From: Comamonadaceae bacterium | Lineage (GTDB): Bacteria > Pseudomonadota > Gammaproteobacteria > Burkholderiales > Burkholderiaceae_C | Assembly (NCBI GenBank): GCA_947372005.1 | Contig: CANBRV010000001.1 | Location: 1 to 24,273 of the forward strand | Direction of reading: 5' to 3' | Length of the DNA: 24,273 nucleotides | In this document: in pieces, positions 8,869 to 15,590 of the stretch | How the letters are laid out: every line of letters starts with the position of its first letter | How positions within the stretch are numbered: position 1 is the first letter of the stretch | Position numbers and translations under genes: made by a program | The notes under the pieces: model-generated | The model's database searches: none | What the model saw: the letters and a program-made list of their open reading frames with translations, nothing else | Told to the model about the DNA's origin: nothing

Positions 8869-9711
8869 TTACTTAATCAAACCCGCGCTACGGCCAGCTG
8901 CTTCAATGCCTTTGTAGTTGTCCGCCTTGGTGGGAATAAACCGCGTCGCACGTTGCAAGTCCAAAATCGATTTTCCTTCAGACGTATTCGCGTTTAAATC
9001 CAAAAATGCTTTGGTCAGTTTCTCGCGCAGGGCGGCGGGCATGTCGGCGTGGACTGTCCAGTTGTAATCAAAGTAGGCGGGCGTGGTGTAGAACACGTTA
9101 ACTTTGCTTGCATCCACTTTTTTGTCTGCCACAAACTTATCCCACACAGAGATATTGAGCGCACCCGCATCGACCTTGCCTGCGGCTACGGCTGCAATAG
9201 TGGCATCGTGTGCGCCCGAAAACGCCACGCGTTTGAGGTCAGTATCAGGATTGATTTTTGCATCCAACAAAAACTTGCGCGGCATCAAATGCCCCGAGGT
9301 GCTGGAGGCCGAACCGAAGGACAGCGTATGGCCTTTGAGGTCAGCGAGTGTTTTGATCGTGGGGTCGCTGGTGATAAATACAGAGCGAAATTTCTCGTCT
9401 TCTTCGCGCTGCACAAGCGGAATCATCTTGCCACCCGAGCGGATATTGGCTTGCACAAAAGTAAAACCGCCAAACCATGCTAAATCGATTTGCTTGTTGG
9501 CAAGCGCCTCGACTGATGCAGCGTAGTCGGACACGGGCGTGAACTCGACCTTCATTCCTAATTTAGTTTCAAGATATTTCACCAGCGGCGCGGCCTTACG
9601 GGCGAGTTCGGTGGGCGACTCGTCGGGGATGGCGGTGACTTTAAAAACAGCTTGCGCTGATACACCGAAAGCACAGAGAGAGAGAAGCAGTGCAGATAAA
9701 AATTTCAACAT
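8869..9711 (-). CDS. Periplasmic substrate-binding protein of the PhnD/PtxB superfamily, resembling the SelD-linked 'putative selenate ABC transporter' clade
   Basis: Sec signal peptide MLKFLSALLLSLCAFGVSA, AIPDESPTEL, DLAWFGGFTFVQA, oxyanion-binding SSTSGHLMP, SGAHDA and YFDYNW. SD-like AAGGGA lies upstream. The clade is assigned from recalled family sequence and gene context. Confidence 0.85.
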   Translation of the reverse strand: MLKFLSALLLSLCAFGVSAQAVFKVTAIPDESPTELARKAAPLVKYLETKLGMKVEFTPVSDYAASVEALANKQIDLAWFGGFTFVQANIRSGGKMIPLVQREEDEKFRSVFITSDPTIKTLADLKGHTLSFGSASSTSGHLMPRKFLLDAKINPDTDLKRVAFSGAHDATIAAVAAGKVDAGALNISVWDKFVADKKVDASKVNVFYTTPAYFDYNWTVHADMPAALREKLTKAFLDLNANTSEGKSILDLQRATRFIPTKADNYKGIEAAGRSAGLIK

Positions 9712-9735
9712 GAAAAATCCCTTAAAAATAACAGT

Positions 9736-10788
9736 CTATTTTCCACAACTTCTAAACCCTGCAAAAATATCTGTCCGATCGGGCGTAAAAAAGTTTCGAT
9801 ACTTGGGATGCACCATACGCGCCGACGTAGCAATCGATGCGCCGCGTAAGACTTTGCGCGAGCCAAACCATGGCTCAGAATAGTCTTTATACGCATGTGC
9901 CGTAAAGCTAGGGTACGGCTCGAATGTGCTGTCTGTCCACTCCCACACCTCGCCCCACTTGAAATTTGAGTTAGACATTGCGGAGCATTCCCACTCAGCC
10001 TCACTGGGCAATCGCCTGTCAGCCCAATCGCACCAAGCCTTAGCATCAAACCAATTGATGTGAACAGCTGCATCGTTTGGGTTCCCCACGAGACGCGGCA
10101 TCTCGCGGCCCGTCGCCCGTGCAAACGGCAAATACTCGGCCCACGTGACGACTCGCGAATCAATCTCAAAAGCAGGTAATGCGACTTCGTGCTGCGAGAG
10201 TTCGTTGTCGAACGCAAAGCCCTCATTTGTGGAACCCAACCACCACTTGCCCTCTGGCATAGATAGGCTGGACTTCGTCGGCTGCTTTGACTTGGAAGCC
10301 ATACGTAGCAAGGTTTGCGGGACAGGCACATTTAAAAACTCTGCTGAATAAATGGCCGCTTCCGCGTGCATGTCTTCGTGAAAAAGCACGAGGCGATAAA
10401 AGTACAGCGTTTCGTCAGAATCCGTTTTTTCTGCTGCAAGTTTGGTGAGAATGTCGTCCAGACTGACTTGCATCAGCGCCTTGGTTTGCTCAAAGGTTGG
10501 CAGCGGTAAATCCCAGCGCGTGTCGTGCGGGACGTGGCTTGAGTCATATAGCACGTCGTATGCAAGTAAATCATGAAAGCCGCGCCAAGTTTGTGGACAT
10601 AGCCAGTGATCGGCAAACCACGCGATGTGTCCGAGTTCCCATAGCGGCGGGTTGAGCGTTGCAAGCCTTGGCACGGTGAGCGACTCGCCAAGCGCTGCTG
10701 CGTAAGCATCTGCCAGTGTCATCGTACGAGCACGCGCTTGGCGTAGCATGTGGGCAAGTTCGGCGGCACTGGCGGTTCGGGCATTCAT
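9736..10788 (-). CDS. senA: Selenoneine synthase SenA-like non-heme iron enzyme (DinB-2 plus FGE-sulfatase domains, 350 aa)
   Basis: LNPPLWELGHIAWF, YDSSHVPHDTRWDLPLP, iron motif FHEDMHAE and C-terminal WGEVWEWT...DYSEPWFG...YRNFFTPDRTDIFAGFRSC match my recollection of Variovorax SenA rather than EgtB. senB and selD are in the same locus. Start is ATG 10788 or GTG 10797. Confidence 0.85.
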   Translation of the reverse strand: MNARTASAAELAHMLRQARARTMTLADAYAAALGESLTVPRLATLNPPLWELGHIAWFADHWLCPQTWRGFHDLLAYDVLYDSSHVPHDTRWDLPLPTFEQTKALMQVSLDDILTKLAAEKTDSDETLYFYRLVLFHEDMHAEAAIYSAEFLNVPVPQTLLRMASKSKQPTKSSLSMPEGKWWLGSTNEGFAFDNELSQHEVALPAFEIDSRVVTWAEYLPFARATGREMPRLVGNPNDAAVHINWFDAKAWCDWADRRLPSEAEWECSAMSNSNFKWGEVWEWTDSTFEPYPSFTAHAYKDYSEPWFGSRKVLRGASIATSARMVHPKYRNFFTPDRTDIFAGFRSCGK

Positions 10789-10800
10789 GCCGTGCACTGT

Positions 10801-10838
10801 AATGTATGGGCCAATTGTGCGACGAAGATGTGTACATT
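10801..10838. promoter_or_regulatory. Candidate divergent promoter region with mirrored TACATT (-10-like) hexamers
   Basis: AATGTA at 10801-10806 (TACATT on the minus strand, facing senA) and TACATT at 10833-10838 (plus strand, facing egtB). No convincing -35 element. Confidence 0.3.
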
Positions 10839-10861
10839 CATTTTTATTCAGGAAATTCCCC

Positions 10862-12163
10862 TTGAGTCCTACCGAATTTGTTAGCGTTTACCGCGCCGTC
10901 AGAGCGCAAAGCCTAGAGCTCACAGCGCACCTAAGCCTCGAAGACATGGCCTTGCAATCCATGCCCGACGCCAGCCCGACCAAATGGCATTTGGCGCACA
11001 CGACTTGGTTTTTTGAAGTCGTGGCGCTTAAAAAATGGCATGCAGACTATGAAGGCTTTAATATCGCCTATGCGTATTTGTTTAACTCGTACTACGAAGC
11101 GCTAGGCGATCGTCAACCGCGTCCGCTACGCGGCATATTGTCGCGCCCCGCCTTGATGGACGTGTTGGCGTATCGCGAACGAGTCGATAACGCCTTGCAG
11201 GACTGGCTACAAAAGGTGAGCCCATCCGATTGGATACAAGCGCAGCCCTTGCTGGTGCTGGGCTTACACCACGAGCAGCAGCACCAAGAACTCATCGTCA
11301 CAGATATGCTGCATCTCTTGGCGCAAAACCCGCTCTTGCCAACATGGTCGCCGCCCTCTATCAGGCGTGCACAACAGTCGTCTGTGCCACTTTCATCTGC
11401 ACCGCTTGCGTGGCTAGAGCACGCTGGTGGCGTGCAGATGGTAGGTACGAACGAGCAGGCGGGCGTCTTTGCATTTGACAACGAGTGTCCCAATCACCCC
11501 GTATGGATTGAGCCGTTTGCCATAGCGAATCGCTTAGTTAATTGCGGCGAATACCTCACCTTTATGGAGGACGGCGGTTATGAGCGGCCAGAATTTTGGT
11601 TATCGGAAGGCTGGGCACGTGTGCAGCAGGACGACTGGCATGCGCCGCTCTATTGGGTGAGTGCGAGTGATAAACGTCTTGATTTTTGCACCGAGACAAG
11701 CCAAGCGCAGCAAGGCTTAGCAAGCGATTGGTCTGTGTATGGCGTGCACGGTTTGCAGACTTTACAAGCGCATGAAGCCGTAACGCATCTGAGCTTTTAT
11801 GAAGCCAGTGCCTACGCGGCTTGGGCGGGTGCTAGGCTGCCAACCGAATTTGAGTGGGAAGTGCTAGCCCAAGCGCAGCAAGGCGCAGCGAGCAGCGACA
11901 GCCTGCAAGATTTATACGGAGTGGCTTGGCAGTGGACACGCTCGTCATACGATCCCTATCCGCACTTCAAGCCCATGACGGGCGAGGTTGCCGAGTACAA
12001 CGGCAAGTTCATGGTCGGGCAATTGGTGCTGCGTGGGTCGAGCGCTTTCACGCCGCTTGAACCCTTCGCGCATACCAGGGCGACTTATCGCAATTTCTTT
12101 CCACCTGCTGCGCGATGGCAATGCACAGGACTTCGTTTGGCCAAGGACAAGAGCACGTTATGA
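10862..12163 (+). CDS. egtB: Ergothioneine sulfoxide synthase EgtB, type-II-like (433 aa)
   Basis: QSMPDASPTKWHLAHTTWFFE, LFNSYY loop (11081-11095), iron motif HHEQQHQE, FAFDNE, YNGKFM and RATYRNFF...RWQCTGLRLA. TTG 10862 has AGGAAA 6 nt upstream. The track start at 10748 overlaps senA and is unlikely. Confidence 0.9.
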   Translation: MSPTEFVSVYRAVRAQSLELTAHLSLEDMALQSMPDASPTKWHLAHTTWFFEVVALKKWHADYEGFNIAYAYLFNSYYEALGDRQPRPLRGILSRPALMDVLAYRERVDNALQDWLQKVSPSDWIQAQPLLVLGLHHEQQHQELIVTDMLHLLAQNPLLPTWSPPSIRRAQQSSVPLSSAPLAWLEHAGGVQMVGTNEQAGVFAFDNECPNHPVWIEPFAIANRLVNCGEYLTFMEDGGYERPEFWLSEGWARVQQDDWHAPLYWVSASDKRLDFCTETSQAQQGLASDWSVYGVHGLQTLQAHEAVTHLSFYEASAYAAWAGARLPTEFEWEVLAQAQQGAASSDSLQDLYGVAWQWTRSSYDPYPHFKPMTGEVAEYNGKFMVGQLVLRGSSAFTPLEPFAHTRATYRNFFPPAARWQCTGLRLAKDKSTL

Positions 12164-13125
12164 ACCCCACGATCGATATAGAAGTACAGGCCCACAATTT
12201 CGCGACCGACATGCAGGCGGCGCTTGCAAGCGCTAGCAAACAAATCTCACCCAAGTATTTTTATGACGCCAAGGGTTCGCTGCTGTTCGATCAAATTTGT
12301 GAACTGCCCGAGTACTACCCCACGCGCACCGAATGGGCGGTGCTTGAGCAATACGCGCCGCAGATGGCTGAGTGTTTGGGGGCAGATATTGATTTAATTG
12401 AGTTTGGCGCAGGTTCGCTGCGCAAAGTGCGGTTGTTGTTGGATGCTTTAATGGCGCAAAAAACGCCACCTAAAAGCTATGTGCCCATCGACATTTCGGG
12501 CGCGCATTTGGCCGAATCCAGCTTGCAATTGCAAAAGCAATATCCAGCGCTGGGCGTCACGACGTGGGTGTCGGATTATTCGCAGGCCTTAGTGCTGCCG
12601 CCCGCACTAATGCAGGCCAATCGTCGCCGCATGGGATTCTTCCCAGGATCGAGCTTGGGCAACTTTGCACCCGGCGAGGCGCTTGCTTTTATGACCCAAG
12701 CTGCGCAGATGCTTGGCGGCGGCGGTCTGCTGGTGGGCGTCGATTTGGTGAAAGATCCACAAGTACTGCATGCCGCTTACAACGACCAACAAGGCATCAC
12801 GGCTGCGTTCAATTTGAACTTGCTTGCCCGTGCCAATCGCGAGTTAGGTGCTGACTTTGATCTGAATGCATTTGCGCATTACGCTTTTTATGAGCCGCGG
12901 CACCAGCGAATCGAAATGCATTTGCAAAGTCTTCGCGCACAGCACGTGCGGCTGCTCGGGCAGACTTATTCGTTTCGTGAGGGCGAGACCTTGCATACCG
13001 AAAACTCCTACAAATACACGCTGGACAGCTTGCACCAATTAGCCAAGCAGGCAGGCTTTGAGGTGGGTATACATTGGACGGACAGCCAGCAACAGTTTTG
13101 TGTGCAGTGGCTTATCGCTCCCTAG
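12160..13125 (+). CDS. egtD: L-histidine N-alpha-trimethyltransferase EgtD (321 aa)
   Basis: ISPKYFYDAKGSLLFDQICELPEYYPTRTE, IEFGAGS, FFPGSSLGNF, GVDLVKD, AYND..GITAAFNLNLL and HTENSYKYT. ATGA overlap with the egtB stop fixes the start at 12160. Confidence 0.95.
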   Translation: MNPTIDIEVQAHNFATDMQAALASASKQISPKYFYDAKGSLLFDQICELPEYYPTRTEWAVLEQYAPQMAECLGADIDLIEFGAGSLRKVRLLLDALMAQKTPPKSYVPIDISGAHLAESSLQLQKQYPALGVTTWVSDYSQALVLPPALMQANRRRMGFFPGSSLGNFAPGEALAFMTQAAQMLGGGGLLVGVDLVKDPQVLHAAYNDQQGITAAFNLNLLARANRELGADFDLNAFAHYAFYEPRHQRIEMHLQSLRAQHVRLLGQTYSFREGETLHTENSYKYTLDSLHQLAKQAGFEVGIHWTDSQQQFCVQWLIAP

Positions 13126-13157
13126 CACGGTCATTTTTAAATTTTTTGGAGAACAAC

Positions 13158-14594
13158 ATGACAACTCATCGCTGTGACGCACTCATCATTGGCGCGGGAC
13201 AAGCCGCTCCCGCTTTAGCTGTAGCCTTGGCAGGCAGGGGTGAAAAAGTTATTTTGGTGGAAGGCAACCAACTGGGCGGCACGTGCGTGAATGTAGGCTG
13301 CACGCCCACCAAGACGCTGCGTAAAAGTGCGCGCGTGGCTTACATGGCAAGACGCGGCGCAGAGTTTGGCGTCAACACCGGCGCAGTCACGATTGATTTT
13401 GCCAAGGCGATGGACAGGATGCATGAGCGAGTGAACGCTTCGCGCACAGGGCTAGAAGGCTGGCTTGCTAATACCCCTAATGTCACCGTGCTACGCGGCT
13501 GGGGGTCTCTTGCAGGCCATACAGGACAAGGTTTTCAGGCCGTTGTTGATGGCAAGGGTGAGCAGCAGCACATTATGGCAGCTCGTGTGTATTTGAATAC
13601 AGGCACTCGCCCCCTCATGCCACCGATTGAAGGATTGGACAAGCCCGACGCACGCATCTTGAACAACGAGAGCTTGCTGCAATTGCGCGAATGCCCCAAG
13701 CATTTATGCATTTTGGGCGGCAGCTACATTGGCTTAGAGTTTGCGCAAATTTTTAGGCGCTTGGGCGCCGAGGTCACGGTGATTGAACCCAGCCACCGCA
13801 TCGCCATGCGCGAAGACGAAATCGTCACGAATGCCATTACCGATTTTCTGCGGGAAGAAGGCGTGCAGATTTTGACCAGCACCACGCTTGAGAGGGTCGA
13901 TGGCGCTGGCAGCGATTTGCAGCTGCACGTACAAACCAAAAATGCGGACTACAGCTTGCAGACCAACATTCATAAGGCTTCCCACTTACTGGTGGCGACG
14001 GGGCGCTTGCCCAATACAGAGCGATTAAACCTTGCTTCCATTGGTTTGCCAGTCGATGCTCGCGGCTATTTGGATGTGAATGGCCAATTGGAAACGGCCG
14101 TGGCGGGCGTGTGGGCGCTGGGCGATATCAACAAACGCGGTGCGTTTACGCACACCAGCTATCACGACTTTGAAATCGTGCGGGACAACTTAAAAGAGCC
14201 GAACGCCTTGCGCAGTGCCGATGACCGTGTCACGGCGTACGCCATGTTTACCGATCCGCCGCTAGGTCGCGTGGGGCTCAGCCGCTCCGCAGCCAAGGCC
14301 GAGAGCGACAAGTCGGGCAGGCAGTTTTTAATTGCCGAGCACCACATGCGCTTTGTCAGCCGCGCTAAAGAGGAAAGCGAAACGCATGGTGTGATTCAGT
14401 TTATTGTGGACGCGAAGACGGAAAGCTTTGTGGGTGCAACGGTGCTGGGCATCAATGGCGACGAGATCATTCAAGTGGTGAGCAACTACATGGCCACGGG
14501 CGCAAGCTACAAGCTGATGCGCAATTGCTTACCTGTGCATCCGACGGTGACCGAATTCTTCCCCACGATATTGGATAAGCTAGCGGCACTATGA
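13158..14594 (+). CDS. Soluble class-I flavin disulfide oxidoreductase (MerA/LpdA/RclA-like, 478 aa), substrate unknown
   Basis: IIGAGQA (FAD), redox CVNVGC (13284-13301), GGSYIGLE, VWALGD..FTHTS and HPTVTE. GGAG SD lies before ATG 13158. There is no MerA N-terminal metal domain or C-terminal Cys-Cys pair. Confidence 0.88.
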   Translation: MTTHRCDALIIGAGQAAPALAVALAGRGEKVILVEGNQLGGTCVNVGCTPTKTLRKSARVAYMARRGAEFGVNTGAVTIDFAKAMDRMHERVNASRTGLEGWLANTPNVTVLRGWGSLAGHTGQGFQAVVDGKGEQQHIMAARVYLNTGTRPLMPPIEGLDKPDARILNNESLLQLRECPKHLCILGGSYIGLEFAQIFRRLGAEVTVIEPSHRIAMREDEIVTNAITDFLREEGVQILTSTTLERVDGAGSDLQLHVQTKNADYSLQTNIHKASHLLVATGRLPNTERLNLASIGLPVDARGYLDVNGQLETAVAGVWALGDINKRGAFTHTSYHDFEIVRDNLKEPNALRSADDRVTAYAMFTDPPLGRVGLSRSAAKAESDKSGRQFLIAEHHMRFVSRAKEESETHGVIQFIVDAKTESFVGATVLGINGDEIIQVVSNYMATGASYKLMRNCLPVHPTVTEFFPTILDKLAAL

Positions 14595-15586
14595 ATCCAC
14601 CGCGTCCGCACATCGTTATCGTCAGTCCCGCGCTTTCGGACGCGAACAATGGCAATTGGCAAACCGCGAATCGCTGGCGGCAAATGCTGGCCAAAAATTT
14701 CCACTGCCGTATTGTTCAAACATGGCCGGATAAATTTGCCAATCAAGACAACGTAATGATCGCGCTGCATGCCCGCAAGTCGGCTGATTCGATCGCGGCT
14801 TGGCACGCGGCGCATGGCGGCTCGCGCCTCGTGCTGGCGCTGACGGGAACGGATCTCTATCGCGATATTCAAACGAACGCCGCCCCCAAGGCCTCATTGG
14901 CTATGGCTTCGCGTCTCATCGTGCTGCAAGAGCTTGCACCGCTTGGCTTGCCAGAGGTGTGCCGCGCGAAGGCCGAAGTGATCTTTCAATCGACCACAAA
15001 CCAGCCCACACATCTGAAACCAGCGGCGCATTTGAGAGCCGTAATGGTGGGGCATTTGCGAAGCGAGAAATCACCCGAGACTTTGTTTGCTGCGGCCAAA
15101 CTTTTAAATGCGGATGACCCTATCTTCATTGATCACATCGGCGCAGGGCTGGATGCTGATTTGGCAAAGGCGGCCGAAGCGACGGCCAGCGCCTGTCCGC
15201 ATTACCGCTGGCTGGATTCGATGCCGCATGAAACCACGCGCCGAGCCATCCAACGTGCGCATGTGCTGGTACACGCCAGCAAGATGGAAGGCGGTGCGCA
15301 TGTGCTCATGGAGGCGGTGTGCTCGGGCACGCCTGTGCTGGCGTCGCGCATCGACGGCAATGTGGGCATGCTCGGCGCAGATTACGCGGGCTATTTTGAT
15401 TGGGGTGATGCGGCAGGATTGGCGCGGTTATTGCGCGAGTGCCGAGCTAGTCAAAATGACGAAAACGGTCTACTGGCAAGACTTGGCGAGCAATGCACAC
15501 TGCGTGCACCGCTGTTTGCACCAGAGGCTGAGAGTGCTAAATTAAATGCTCTTGTAAATTCCCTAGTTATTGCGCTGTTAGAGTAG
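14591..15586 (+). CDS. senB: Selenosugar synthase SenB (GT-B glycosyltransferase, TIGR04348-like)
   Basis: IVIVSPALSDANNGNWQTANRW, ALHARKSA, LTGTDLYRDI, VMVGHLRSEKSP, SKMEGGAHVLMEA and SRIDGNVGMLG closely match my recollection of Variovorax SenB. Directly upstream of selD. Confidence 0.92.
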   Translation: MNPPRPHIVIVSPALSDANNGNWQTANRWRQMLAKNFHCRIVQTWPDKFANQDNVMIALHARKSADSIAAWHAAHGGSRLVLALTGTDLYRDIQTNAAPKASLAMASRLIVLQELAPLGLPEVCRAKAEVIFQSTTNQPTHLKPAAHLRAVMVGHLRSEKSPETLFAAAKLLNADDPIFIDHIGAGLDADLAKAAEATASACPHYRWLDSMPHETTRRAIQRAHVLVHASKMEGGAHVLMEAVCSGTPVLASRIDGNVGMLGADYAGYFDWGDAAGLARLLRECRASQNDENGLLARLGEQCTLRAPLFAPEAESAKLNALVNSLVIALLE

Positions 15587-15590
15587 ATGG

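Noticed and set aside
9675-9684. (AG)5 microsatellite in the binding-protein signal peptide as a phase-variation switch
   Set aside because: Five units is short and is explained by Leu/Ser codons.
6434-9711. Phosphonate or phosphite catabolism operon
   Set aside because: No phnG-M, phnX or ptxD in the window, and the context is selenium. A P-compound substrate is not excluded, only unsupported.
9712-9738. senA stop in frame with the binding-protein ATG (possible readthrough fusion)
   Set aside because: The downstream gene has its own SD (AAGGGA) and signal peptide, so the shared frame is most likely chance.
9705-10331. 208-aa same-strand alternative-frame ORF inside senA
   Set aside because: No motifs, and the senA frame is continuous with all expected motifs, so no frameshift product is needed.
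10748-10861. Long N-terminal extension of EgtB given by the ORF track
   Set aside because: It would overlap divergent senA and consume the promoter spacer. TTG 10862 has an SD and matches where EgtB similarity begins.
13158-14594. Mercuric reductase (merA) assignment, also considered for 4395-6437
   Set aside because: No C-terminal Cys-Cys pair, no NmerA domain, and no merR/T/P nearby.
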